A DNA stretch of 64,000 nt from positions 76,632,001 through 76,696,000 of the forward strand of contig OX597819.1 of the NCBI GenBank assembly GCA_951406725.2, written 5' to 3'. The DNA is from Octopus vulgaris. Its lineage: Eukaryota. A program made the position numbers and the translations under genes. The notes beneath the pieces were generated by a model, which did no database searches, was not told where the DNA came from, and worked only from the letters and a program-made list of their open reading frames with translations. Of the stretch, positions 37,313 to 50,845 are shown piece by piece. Positions within the stretch are counted from its first letter, which is position 1; each line of letters begins with the position of its first letter.

Positions 37313-37670
37313 ACCTTAAATGCAGAGGTATTATTTTCAGTCACGCTTGTTTATTTCTTTGTTTGTTTGTTCGTGGACAAGATATCTCAAGAATCGCTGG
37401 ATGGGTTCCGATGAAACTCTCAGGGATATTTGGTTTCGTGACTGGCACGAACTGATTAGACTTTGGGATCGATCTGGTACCGGACAAGAATTCTGGATTA
37501 TTTTTCCGGTTTTTTAAACTTTTGAGAGCAATCGGGTTCATTTTTAGTATTCTCGTTTGTAAGAGCAGACGAATTTATATAAGATATTCTCATTTTAAAA
37601 ATCATCTCTAGCTAATCGTTGAGAGGACTTTGATGTTGCCTTGACAGAGGTTTGTGCTCGCTGGGAGCTC
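37313..37670 (+). mobile_element. HINE/DINE-1-like non-autonomous Helentron-associated element
   Basis: 5' ACCT..GCAGAGGT, (TTTG)n tract, CCGATGAAACT motif, 3' GACAGAGGT followed by hairpin GCTC-GCTGG-GAGC; inserted in (TTA)n. Confidence 0.55.
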
Positions 37671-37676
37671 GTATTA

Positions 37677-37719
<43 letters not shown>

Positions 37720-37828
37720 GTTGTTGTTGTTGTTGTTGTTGTTGTTATTGTTGTTGTTGTTGTTATTATTATTATTATTATTATCATTATTATTATTATT
37801 ATTATCGTTATCATTATTATCATTATTA

Positions 37829-37859
<31 letters not shown>

Positions 37860-37873
37860 CATTATTGTTGTTG

Positions 37874-37904
<31 letters not shown>

Positions 37905-37940
37905 CATCATTGCTGTTGCTGTTATCATTATTGTTATTAT
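37677..37940. repeat. Compound (TTA)/(TTG)/(TCA) microsatellite
   Basis: Directly visible. Confidence 0.95.
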
Positions 37941-40081
37941 TTTCTGTATGGTTTCGCCGGAAACTGGATCCATTCATGGTGTCTTTTCTTATTATCACTT
38001 CATACTTTAAACAACTCTTACTTTAAACAACTCTATATGTCAATATATCATTCCCCCTTGTCTATGAGACCGATTCAAACTGTTAAATATTTATGGGCCT
38101 CGGTCAGAAACTCTGTTAGATGCAATATTCTGGTCTTATTTGCACGACCAGTGTAGTTATTCAACCAGGATATTGACTCTTAGGAATCACTTATATATTA
38201 GGAAAAACAAATTTAATGTTGGAATGTAGAGTTTAATAAATAATGCAAATTTCTATCGTTTGATTTTGGCCGAAAATGTCCATATATATGGTACAGAGTA
38301 TCCATTATTTGCCTAAAAATCTATACTTTCTCAGAATCGTTATATAACCACCAAATGAAATACTTTAGTGTGTAAACTAATGAGAGAAAGAGATCTCTTA
38401 AAAGATTATGCTATGTTTTTGTTTCTACCCTTAATTCCACCATTTTCTGTTTCTGCAATTGATCTGGCTAGCATCGCTATACTGTACATGAAGTATTTTC
38501 TCTTATATCTTTAACTACACACGCGCACACATGTGTATACGCCCGCGCACGTATATAAAGAAACCAATTGTTATTTCGAATGTATTTAATAGGAATGTTT
38601 CAAGTAGTTTCGTAACACGTTTTTACGCACATAAATTCTTGTCAGTCCTTATATGCGGAATATATTGTAGCATCAAATTCAACTATATATATATATATAA
38701 ACTGAATAAGCTAAATAAAACCCTAGAAAAAAAACTACAAGAAAGAGATAAACGTGAAAAGAGATAAGAGAATATAATATATAAGAGAAAATAATTGCAG
38801 AAGTTTATTTCCTGCTTCTATCGAAGGAGCAGTCAATAAACTTCAACCATAGATAGAAAGTAACCAGACGTATCGAACTTATTATAAATTGTAAACATGA
38901 ATAACGATTAACATTCCAGCATTACCTTAGGGAAAATGGTTCATATTACTATTATTAGACAAAGATATATTTTCCGTCTTCGACTCCTTCAGGGTTTCTT
39001 CCCAAATTCTCCATCCTTCTGTTTTGTTTGCTTTTCTTTTTCTTACTTACTGTTTCGTTTTTGTTTGCTTTTGTTGTCACCCTTTAACAACTGCAAATAT
39101 CCGAAACGAGATTCGTACTCTGCTAAATTAGTTCTTCAGAATTTCTAAACATTTTAGCCAAAGGAAACGTTCAATGGATACATGCGTAATAATAACTACC
39201 AATAAAAAATTTGATTTTGTCTTTATAAGAAAAAAATGGTAGAAATTTTGTGTATATGTAAAATACGTAAATCACTATAACAAACAATATCATAGAAGGT
39301 ATGCTAAGCTATTCACAGAATGTCATCCATCTTCAAATACTGATTTGTAAAAAAGAGGAAAAAGAAAGAAAACGTAAAGGAAGCCTGAAAGAGAAAGGAG
39401 GAGAAAGCTATTGAATGAATTAGTGATTTTCGTTGATTTTCAGAATGCATTCGAAATTAACTTTTCATTCATAAAGTCATGCAAGACTGTCAAAAGCAAC
39501 ATACAACGTGGCACACAAATACACAGAAAACAACGATGAAATACACAACTCTCAGAAACTTCCCGTTTTAAATTTGTCTATGAAAGATTTCAACTACAAT
39601 TTTTTTTAATATTTTGAAAATTACGTTATAACTTTCCGATTTATGTAAACAAGTAGCTGCTTAAATTGAAGCTATTCTCAGATTTTGTACGGTATTACAT
39701 ATTTTGTTAACAGATGTGAAAGCAAGCAATTTATATTAACAGCACCGTCACTATTTTGCCATATTCTCCAAATATATTTCCAAAGCTCCTTAGCAAATTT
39801 ACTGGTTTTGATGACCAACGAATACATGTACAATAGGCATTTTTCGTCTAAAACCCCGGCTATGAGCTTTGATACGCTTCCACGTTGGCACCTTTTATCA
39901 AAAAAATGACATGGCAGTTTCCATTCAGTTGTCGATTATTAGAGTTCCTACATTTACACCCGCTCTCAGTTATAGCATTACTGTTATAGACAGATATTTA
40001 GTGCTAATTAAGATACTAGAACACCAAACGTTTTGGGTTAAAAATAAAGAGCTTTATAAGAATTTTAAAATATTTTAAAAT

Positions 40082-41381
40082 AAAGTGGAACTAACTTAAA
40101 CTCTCTGATAGATTTTGCAATTGTTTAGGCTTAATGGTGGTTTTGGGGAGCTACCAACTGGGGTATATAATCTATCCTAACTGAAAAATTTACATTAAAA
40201 TTTTTACTAATATTTCATAGCAAGCACTACATCAAATGGTATGAAACCTAATGCAGAATAAAGAATAACTCGTCAGCAATTATCGTTTTTGCTCGAATAT
40301 TGGAGAATATAACCGCGCAGGAAGACAAACGCCAAAGAGTATGCGATTTGGTCCGTGCACAAGTCGATCCGAAGAGGATCTTAAGCATAGTTGAAGTATC
40401 CTTACGTACAGTTTATAATGTCAAGAAGAGAATGGATACGGGCAACAGCATTCAGAAGAATTCTGGCAGTGGTTGGGCCAACAAGAAGCGGAATCAAGAC
40501 TTCAGCAACACCCTCAAGTCCAAAATTTCAAAGGACCCAACTACATCCATGAAGAATCTGGCCTCTGAACTTGAATGGACCACAAGATCATCAAAACAAC
40601 AGTGAATGATGAATGGGCCTCCATTCCTACACAAGGACACCGAGACACCTGCTGACAGAATCTATAAAGGCCAGAGGACTGGAGAAGTGCAAAAAGGTTC
40701 TCACATGTTTCAAGAAGAACGGGCCCTTTGTGAAATGTTTTTCTTACATGATCTTCACGGTGGATGCCGTTGTGAAACGCAGAAACGACCAGTACATTGC
40801 GGAGTCAGGAGCAACTTCGGAACAATAAATCCAGCCCAAGTTATGGACTTCGCTAATGTGGCCTCCGACGGAAGAAATATGCCACTTCTACTTCTGAAAG
40901 ACCGGAGAAACGGTGTGTGCTGATGCCTACTAGAAGACGCTGAGGTACCACGTCTTGCCATAGCTCAAGGCTAACTACCCGGAGGGCAACTATGTGTGGA
41001 ACTAGGACGGTGCTCCCAGCCATACTGACAAGAAGGTACAGAATTTCTGCAAATTCAACTTTGCTGCTTTCTGGACTACTGACTTCTGGCCCTCCCCCAA
41101 CCAAGATCTCCCATCCCAACATCAACTCTCTGAAGGCTGCCATCAATGAGGATTGGGCCAGGATGTCTAGTGACCTCGTGGTGAAGAGTTGTGTGGGGTT
41201 CTGTGGCCGTGTGGAGCCTGTAATTGAAAACAATGGGAGCCACATAGAATAAATTATTCTTTTTGTAATTATATGTGAATGTTATTTTTTTATCTCATTT
41301 TTAATTACTAAACCTATTGATGCACAATGCGAGAGTTTCAAATGTTACAGCAATTTTGCAAGTTTTGTTCCCCACTCTGTA
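40082..41381 (+). mobile_element. IS630/Tc1/mariner transposon (maT/DD37D-like), frameshifted
   Basis: KRQRVCDL...VSLRTVYNVKKR, DPTTSMKNLASEL, WN*DGAPSHT, FWP, RVEPVIENNGSHIE; right end CCCCACTCTG-TA and a degenerate left TIR. Confidence 0.85.
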
Positions 41382-42290
41382 AAGGATCTGCCATTGAAAT
41401 ACAAGGATATGCAAAAGGATCTACTTCTTAGGGCAATGATGATATATGTATGGTAACATTAAAGACTGAATCATGGAAAATATTTGACAGATGATAAAAA
41501 CTTTTATTAATATAATTAACCTTTAATTAAGTTTATGATACAGGAAAATTTTATTAGACTTTAAATTTAACGTTACGTCTAGAAAATTAACTTTTGCCTG
41601 GTTGCCCTCTGCAGTAACACTTAACTCTAATTCGCTGGACACTGAAATATTTTTTTATAAATCTTTCTACATTATATTCATTTATATTTTTAAAAAAGAT
41701 ATGATCCACCATTCCGATAACTCCAATTTTTTGTCTCTTTTTGTTCAACAGATTTAAATCATAAACTATTAATTTCACACGCCACCAACCCCCATCAAAC
41801 GCACGAATAGCTATATCAAACAAATTCTCTCTTCTTTCCTTTTTCACCTAGAAAAAAAATTGAGAGACTTTTTAACGTGTAGAATGGTCTTAATATCTGA
41901 ATCGATAATAGCTAAAATGGTTATTGATGAAGGCTAATGCTAGTGGTAGTGGAAGCTTAAAAATGAATAAAGAATGATTTTGTTATCATTGATGTTATTA
42001 AAGTATTCTCTAACACACCAGCTATTGTTCCATAACTGGAGTTTCTCTACTTCTATAACTCTAGAAATAAATGAGCATTTTCCATACTAAATACGCCTAA
42101 GTTTGTTTCTGCAGGGTTGGTTAATCTACACTTAGGGTGATTGTTCGAAATTTCTCATAAGAGCCTTTGTGTAATGTGAGTTGGGAAGAGAAGAGGTTCT
42201 AACCTTCTGGGAATCTAGTTTAACAGTTTTGTAATTATCAACATTGGATTTTAATATTTATGGGTATTACTATTAAATAACAATGCTAGC
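41382..42290 (-). mobile_element. Penelope-like RT remnant of the Naiad-like clade
   Basis: NHPKCRLTNPAETNLG (cf. NNPKCRLINPAKSEIG), QLWNNS, FDIAIRAFDGG (cf. FDVTMGSFDGAE), VTAEGNQAKVNFLDVTLNL...YHKLN. Confidence 0.8.
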
Positions 42291-42377
42291 AAAAGATTGC
42301 TTGCCCATGCGGTCACACCATTACTTACTTTGGCACCGTCGTTACTCTTTCTATTGCTGCTGTTGATATTGTTATTG

Positions 42378-43381
42378 ATGCAAGGGATACTGCAATGGAT
42401 GCTGCAAGGGCTCATATGGCTGTCAAAATCAACTAATGATCAATAAAGCCACAATTGAAAACAGCTGCAGCAAGAACAAGGGTCTAAGTATGGCCTAGAT
42501 CGATTACCGAAAGGCTTTTGATAGTATTCCCCACACATGGATCCTAGAAACACTAGCTATGTACAAGGTAGCACCAATAATTATAATAAAATATATGATA
42601 CATTCCATGAGTAAATGGCAGACAGTGCTACAGCTCCAAACAAAAGAGGGACTCGTAAAAACCAAAGCCATCCCCATTAGAAGAGAAATATTCCAAGGAG
42701 ACACGCTCTCTCCACTCCTTTCCTGCTTGACACTGACACATTTATCTGAGATACTAAACAGAACTGGATGCGGATACAGCTGTTACGGCAAGACAATCAG
42801 CCACACTTTATACATGGATGACCTAAAACTGTACGCTACAAATGATAAACAGCTGGAAACACTACTGCAGACAGTACATGGATTTACCAACGAAATAAAT
42901 ATGAAATTTGGCTTAGGAAAATGTGCCAAAACTACCTTGAAAAGAAGAAAACTAGTTAAGAGTAGCAACATCGCACTAGATAAAGCATATTAAATAAGAG
43001 AATTAGACCAAATATAGACATCCAAATATTTAGGAACAAATTAACCAGATACGATACAATACACACAAATGAAAGAGAAAATAAAAAAAGAATACTAGAG
43101 ACGAATTAGATTAATATTGAAAACAGAGCACAATGCGAAAAACAAGAAAATATGTATCAACACGTTTGCCGTCCCAGTTATAAGTTACAGCTACAATATC
43201 CTTAACTGGACAGTAAATGAACTAATCAAAATAGACAGGAAAAAAGAAAATAATGACAAGATTTAGGATGCACCACCTGACATAAAAAGGTTATATATAC
43301 AACGTAAAGAAGGTGGTAGAGACCTTATACAGCTAGGAAACTATTACAAAATAACCACCATAGGACTACAAAAATACCTCT
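42378..43381 (+). mobile_element. R4/Dong-type LINE RT fragment
   Basis: GCCKGSYGCQNQLMIN, IDYRKAFDSIPHTWI, IFQGDTLSPLL, ISHTLYMDDLKLYA, MKFGLGKCAK, EGGR.L. Confidence 0.92.
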
Positions 43382-45231
43382 TAACATTCTGAGTTGGTCT
43401 TAACATGCTGAGTTGGTCATGGTTGACAGCCACGTTTTCAGAATTGAAGTGCTTCAGTTTCTTGTCAGGGCTATCCCTTGTGTGTCTCTTATATTCCAAC
43501 TCCACTTGACTTTGTTCTATGTTCGCATTCTCTGAATATTAATGACGTTATAGATGAATCTCAGCTTGATGCGTACACCTTCATTGTCTTATAATTTGAA
43601 AGACGTAAGTGCTGTTATGGAAATCAGGATGCAAATATATTTTATTGTAATATACCTTACGTTGTAGTTTCCTGAAATATTTTCCTTTAAACTGCTGTTT
43701 TAGAAACTGCTTCCTTTTAGCGGCCGAAGTGAAGCATGAAACCACTGAGGACTGCGTATTTTAGTGCGTGCTACAATCGGTCACAAGAATTATGAAATAT
43801 TTTCCTTTAAATTTTTCTATATAAGGAACTGCCTCCTTTCAACTACCGCAAGGCAACATGAAACTGCAGAGTAATATCTGTGTAGTTTTAGTCTGTGTTA
43901 CTATCACTGGGATCAGTTTCAATTAAATCTAACGGTAGAATTTTATCAATTTCATTGTGGGCGACCTGTTATCTGGAAAAAATCTGGCAAAAATGTAATT
44001 CTTATGATAAGAAATGTGCTACGAAAATTTGTTGCACAGTGAGAACATACATGTTGATGTTCGTTTACGGTTGGATTCTACTTTGAATGCCTTTCCGACC
44101 TTAATATTCAAAGTTGTAAAAGTGATAAAGAAAGTATTGATCATGCTTCTCGTAAACTATCTGCCTTTTCAGATTGTGCAGCAAAAATTTCGCTCATTTT
44201 CCATCTAAATCCATTTGTCACAAACCCAGGTCATAATATAATTATTCAATAGGGAAGTTCGATAGCAGATTTCCTTCAAAGAGTTCATGAGGAGTGTCGA
44301 ATCATTTGGGCTGAAACGCATTTTTTATTTCATATAAGCAATTTCTATCTCCAATTTTTGCTTTGAATTTCTCCGTCCAAAAGTCTACTCCAATTTTATG
44401 AGAAAGTTCTACTTCTCGAATGATATTCGATTTCTTCGATTTTATATTCTTCCTGCCGTCATATTCTACGAACATATCTATCAGATTTTCTTGTGCATTT
44501 GAAAGGCAGAAAGCAATATTGATAACTATTTTATTAAACTGTCTTCTTTCTATTAATATTCCCTTGCTACGTTCTCTCCGTGAAATGTATAGCAGCTGGA
44601 TGTCAGAGCTATTTTGTAGCGTCTGATTTATTTTGATATTATTCTTAGTGTTGCTGTCTGTGATGACTGCATCTGTCATATTTCACATCAATACCACAAA
44701 ATCATATTCTATAGCTGGCACTGTTTATATGTTAATAGCACTGATAATGATTTTGGTATTTAAATGAGTTTCTTGAAGTTTTATCATTGTGTCAAAATGC
44801 TCTTCCTTCATTCTCCTTCTTATAGCTTTTAGACACGGATTTACTATAATACCTATGGCGTGGAGAATTGTCTAATTCAAGCATTATTTCTCCTTCTTTG
44901 ACCTTTATCTTATCCACATATGTTAATATATATTTTGATATAGTTCTGAGATATCCTTTGTTGGTCAATAATCTGCAGATATGTTGGGATTTGATTTTGT
45001 TTCCTTGTTATTTATTTTGTTTTAATTGTGTTGAGTTTGTTTTGGTCGTTTGCACTCTCACTGTTTATAGTTTCATATTCATCTTTTTATTTATCTATAT
45101 ACTTTCTTTTAAGTGGTTTATTTCGAGATCTGATATTCTTTTCAATAAAATAATATATTTTTTGAATATATGTAATCTATCAACATCCTTTTCATCGCAA
45201 GATTATATCCTGGTTCGATATATATATATTA

Positions 45232-45615
45232 TTTTATTTGTTTCAGTCATTTGACTGCGGCCATGATGGAGCACTGCTTTCAGTCGAACAAATCGACCCA
45301 GGATTTCTTTTTGTAAGCCTAGTACTTATTCTATCGGTGTCTTTTGTTGAACTGCTAAGTTACGGGGACGTAAACACACCAACGTTGGTTGTGAATCGAT
45401 GGTGAGAGGATAAACAGAGACGTACAAATACATGCATACATACATACATACATACATATATATAGATACGACAGGCGTCTACTAAATCCACTCACAAGGC
45501 TTCGGTCGGCCCGAGGCTAGAGTAGAAGACACTTGCCCAAGGTGCCTCGCAGTGGGACTGAACCCGAAGCCATGCGGCTGGTAAGCAAGCTACTTACCAC
45601 ACAGTCACTCCTGAG
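45232..45615 (-). mobile_element. SINE family A
   Basis: Reverse complement of the family A consensus. Confidence 0.9.
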
Positions 45616-45846
45616 CCTTCACACAGCCACTCCTGCACCATATATATAATGTACTGTTCTGTGATAGAAAGATCACTAAAAAGTACTCCATCTAGTGGGA
45701 GATAATTATTATTCATTTAAAGGACATAATACATGACTTCAAGTGTTGCTAATAGTTATGACATGTGGTTTGTACCTGATAAATAAGAAGAAACTGCTAG
45801 TAGCATTTAAAGACAATTATTGTGTCATTTAAATAAATTATCTATG

Positions 45847-45877
<31 letters not shown>

Positions 45878-45994
45878 CTGTATATATATATATATATACA
45901 GACACATATATATTGAGAAAAAGGAGGCAGTCAAAATTTTATAGAGCGATTTATAGAGTTATTTATAGAGTGCTTGAAGTAGTGTACAGATATT

Positions 45995-46490
45995 TTACAC
46001 TGAGAAAAAGGCCCAGTAATCGAGATCAGTCATGCCTTTAATTTGTTTAGTGAGTGCTCTCTGGGGTGATTCAATTTTCGAGATGTTTTGTTTTGTATGA
46101 GGAGACCACAAGGGGCAGCAGTATTCGAGGTGTGACCGTACAAAGGAGGAGAAAAGTGGAATGATGACACCTTGTTCTCTGGACCGGAAGGTTCTTAAGA
46201 TCCAGGAGCTCATCCTACGACCTATATCGACCTTATTGTTTATGTGGGCACTCCAACTGAGATTGTTATCAACAATTATACCCAGGTCTCTGATTATTAG
46301 ATACCGTGAGCGGTTCCCCTGAAGGAAGAGAGCCTGGCTGTTTTAGTATAGACTTTCTTCCAAAATGCATCAGGTCAAATTTTCTCTCATTCAGTTGCAT
46401 CTTGTTTTTGTCTGCCCATTGACTCACAGCATATTGATCAGACTGGAGTTGAGTTCGGTCTTCTTCTTCATTGATGATTTGCTGGAGCTT
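45995..46490 (-). mobile_element. CR1-type LINE RT C-terminal fragment
   Basis: WILRTFRSRE...FVRSHLEYCCPLWSPH...IESPQRALTK.I.GM..LDYW; upstream RDLGIIVDNNLSW. Confidence 0.88.
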
Positions 46491-46496
46491 TATGCA

Positions 46497-46593
<97 letters not shown>

Positions 46594-47328
46594 CAACATT
46601 AGGATTTTGACAACTGCTTTTATCTTATAGAACTTACATATAACCCGAGAAAGAATACTAGAACCATTTTGCCACTGACTAGGAAATATGTCTAATGTAG
46701 CTCCTTGGCAAAGTAATTGATGAAAAGATTTCTTTTGGATTATCTTAGCCAAGCAAGCAATAAAAATAAAAATAAATCCTACCAAAGGATGAAAGATACT
46801 CAAAAATATATTTAAACAGGTTCTGCTTTGTTATATAATTTATATCCTATAGAAAGGCTACCAGCTAAATATATGATATACATATTAATACAAGGTTCTT
46901 TTATGTTTGATTAAATAAACATAGAGAATAGATTGAATTATAAGTAGTACCAAATTATTTTTGTATATTCTGACTTTATTTTCTTAATTTATGAATGTTG
47001 CATTAATATTTAATGTTTTTTCATGTAAAACATGGAATTACAAAGAATATGGAACTTGACTATAAAAATATAAAGGAATATGCATTTACATTGGAATTTG
47101 AACTTTGAACTCATTTTTCTTTTTCAGTGATGACCTTACCCTCACCACTTTCCTTATCTTTTCCATCCTACTTCCTAAAATTGACATCGTGAAAGGTCAC
47201 CAGCTCTTGTGAGAAAATGTGTTTATTTACAAATATGTTCATAGGTATACAATGGGAGGGAAAATGAAAGAAAAGAAAAATGCTTTGTCATGAAATTTCA
47301 ATGGATTGACCACATCAAATTGAAAAGA

Positions 47329-47381
<53 letters not shown>

Positions 47382-47385
<4 letters not shown>

Positions 47386-47481
47386 TCATTTATATTATAT
47401 TGAGGGTACTACTATTCGTAGATACCACGAATTCGTAGATACTACGAATAGTAGTACCCTCAATATAATATAAATGAATAT
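47382..47481. repeat. Perfect 40-bp inverted repeat with 20-bp spacer
   Basis: 47382-47421 is the exact reverse complement of 47442-47481. Confidence 0.97.
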
Positions 47482-47573
47482 TTTCAAAGAGGAAGAATTT
47501 ACGGATTTTTTCTCTTACGAGGTTTTTCACGCTGACTACTGATAATTTCTTTTTAAGATTTTATCCTCAATTG

Positions 47574-47632
<59 letters not shown>

Positions 47633-48402
47633 CTATCTCTCTTTTTCCCATTCTTTATTATTATTTTTTCTCTTTCTTGGTTGTCCGGAAACTTTGCTTT
47701 TCTATCTCTCTTTCACCCTTTTTCCAATAAAAAGGACAAAAACATTTTTTCTCCTCTGCCAAACAAAGAGGAAAAGCATCCGATTGATATAAATGAACAA
47801 CGAAACGTTCTGTTTTTAATACTTTGCTTTTGATTTTTTTCTTGACGAGTTAGATAAACGACGAAAGCGCTGATAAAGAATTATTCTAAATTCTGACTGC
47901 CTCCTTTTTCTCAATATACAATATTTGTACAGCACTCTATACAAATATATTGCAGTAGAGGAAATTGAAAACTAACGTTCAGCTATATATTTAGATTCTC
48001 ATAATTTTTACCAAACATCACTTTCTTTGGCTACACGGAATTTTACACGGCTATTTTTCATCTTGGTTTGAATTATGCATTTTCTGTTTGCGTCATTTGT
48101 TATTTTCGCTTTACATTCCGCTTGACTGCTGTTACCCTAATGTGTTCTACTAAAGCATTTACAAGGGGTGACCAGTCGATCGTTTGTGCAATCATTCGCA
48201 GTACATATTAATCAAAAATGCAATACCGTTTAAAATAGGATAACATATTACTTACGCAAGTGTATTTTTACGTTTACGCTAACTGTTTCTTTTCTATATT
48301 TCGTTATACTTCGATGCTACTAGATATTCTTCAGTGTATTATGGTATCGATATTTGTTATTATTCAGCTATTATATTAGAAACAGATATTATTTTAATAC
48401 TT

Positions 48403-48404
<2 letters not shown>

Positions 48405-48440
<36 letters not shown>

Positions 48441-48462
48441 GAATGAGTGAGAGAGTGATGCA

Positions 48463-48498
<36 letters not shown>

Positions 48499-48538
48499 GG
48501 TGGTGGTGGTGGTGGTGGTGGTGGTGGTCGTGATGGTG

Positions 48539-48592
<54 letters not shown>

Positions 48593-48700
48593 ATAGTAGT
48601 AGTAGTAGTAGTAGTTGTGGTGGTGGTGGTGGTGGTGGTGGTGGTGGTGGTGGTAGTAGTGGTGATGCTGTTCGTGATGGGTTTGCTGCTGCTGCTGCTG
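48405..48700. repeat. Compound (TTA)n, (GTA)n, (GTG)n, (GCT)n microsatellite
   Basis: Directly visible. Confidence 0.95.
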
Positions 48701-48767
48701 CCATACCTGTAAGTCTAACCTTCATTTCTGGAGATTTTCAACAGGTACAATCCGTTTGGCCTGAAGG

Positions 48768-48810
<43 letters not shown>

Positions 48811-48972
48811 AAAATTGTTGTTTATTCGCATGCAAGAGAAGATTAATTGAATCTTGTAGCGTATACTTTGAAAATAAGATTTTCTTTCATAGAAATCTCT
48901 GTGTATGTGTTTGCTTTTTTTTTTCAAATTTGAATTTGCGCTGCATTATTCATGATACAAAAAACAAAGTTT

Positions 48973-49387
48973 AGGAGTGGCTGTGTGGTAAGTAGCTTGC
49001 TTAACAACCACATGGTTCCGGGTTCAGTTTAACTGCGTGGCATCTTGGACAAGTGTCTTCTGCTATAGCACTGGGCCGACCAAAGCCTTGTGAGTGGATT
49101 TGGTAGACGGAAACTGAAAGAAGCCCGTCGTATATATGTATATATATATATATATGTGTGTGTATATGTTTGTATGTCTGTGTTTGTCCCCCTAGCATTG
49201 CTTGACAACCGATGCTGGTGTGTTTACGCCCCTGTCACTTAGTGGTTCGGCAAAAGAGACCGATAGAATAAGCACTGGGCTTACAAAGAATAAGTCCCGG
49301 GGTCGATTTGCTCGACTAAAGGCGGTGCTCCAGCATGGCCGCAGTCAAATGACTGAAACAAGGAAAATAGTAAAAGAGTAAAGAGTA
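48973..49387 (+). mobile_element. SINE family A, near full-length and well preserved
   Basis: GGAGTGGCTGTGTGGTAAG...GGTTCAGT...GCATCTTGGACAAG...GGCGGTGCTCCAGCATGGCCGCAG...(AAAGAGT)n tail. Confidence 0.93.
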
Positions 49388-50845
49388 AATAATTACACTG
49401 GAAAGAACGAGGAGGCGAGAACGTAAAAGAAGACAACGGAGAGCTGAAAGAGAAAGGGAAGGCAAAAAATGAAAGAGACTGCCGTCTTTGTACAGGAGAC
49501 GACAACGAAATTATGAAAAAAATTATGCTAAGATAAAATTTTCGTCAATAACTACAAATGCAATTACAAGAATTGGAACTATTTGAACAACAATGACAAT
49601 GTGAACAGCGTAGATATCAACTACAGTAGAAGCAATAACAGAACGAAAACACTAACAAAACCAATTACCGAAATACGGCTACACTCCGAGTAATTTGCAA
49701 TAACAACAACACATTCATTGACATCATCCTAACAAAATCATTGACTTGCAAAAATGACGGATCAAAACTAGGTAAAACATACACATGAAAATGGGTTTAG
49801 TCTAAACATAGCCTCGTATTTAATTTGCTTTTGATAAAATGTGTATCTAATTACAAAATGTTAAAACTGAATTTTAAAATTATGCGTTAATTTTTAGATT
49901 AATCCAAACGGGGATCTTTTCCTTTTGATGAACAACTCGATTAATTAATTTTATTTAACTAAACACTTTGAAACTTGGTATACTGGTAGAATGTGTCATA
50001 TAGAACATCTTTTACTCTTAGCGTTGTTGAGAAAAGTTTCTATTTTCGAAGTTATTTCGCGTTAAAGTTGTCGTATTTCAGTAATTTCAACCAACCAATG
50101 ACGAATATTCAGCTGAATAAAATTACTGCTGTTATTTGTCAAAAAAAAGTTCCCCGACGGTGTATATTTCGTTTGTCACTGTTATTTATGACATATTTCA
50201 TCTCAGTTACGTTCGTATGAATAAACGAGTGTATCTGAAGCACGTTTACTTCATGACACCACCATAATCGTTCGTGCATTTCTACTGCTTTCAGGTTTTT
50301 TCCTATTTTTCAGCTACTATTTTCAGAAAGACTTCCTCTCGTCCCCCACCCCATTTTCTCGCAAATTGTTGTTTTTTTTATTTTTTGCCATGGAGATTAC
50401 GGAAAACTGCCAAAAATCGGAATTTTGAAATTTTCGTATTTCGTATTTGTGTCCTTAATTCAAATCCCAGTGAAGTGGATTTTGCTTTCCAGCCCTCAAG
50501 TAGCAGCTTCACAATCACTCCAATTGTTGGGTCAAAAATTAATGAAAATTTCTCCAGGTGAAAGTATTTCCTTAATGTAGCAAGGACCGCATCCCAGCAA
50601 CGGTCTTTTATCTTCAAGACAAGGAAATATGTTATCCATCACTGACTATTTTTGACAATCAACAAAGCTCAATTATTTTTCACATGGGATTATTGCTCTC
50701 ATAGCTAAGCTGGTACTGCAGGTGCTGCTACTGTTGCTGCTGCTTCTGCTGCTGAGGAAGCGGACACTGTTGATGTAAACACAGAAATGTTAGCCTGGTT
50801 CTGGAAAAGGATAATCTAACTAGCTGGCATAAATACAGTCATAGA

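Noticed and set aside
44240-45220. 125-aa minus ORF, possibly a LINE apurinic endonuclease remnant
   Set aside because: Diagnostic GDFN and SDH motifs are not recognisable; too decayed to call.
50480-50790. Ala-rich stretch (AGAATVAAASAAEEA) and a 79-aa minus ORF as a possible exon or retrocopy
   Set aside because: Explained by a degenerate (GCT)n repeat; no splice or domain support.
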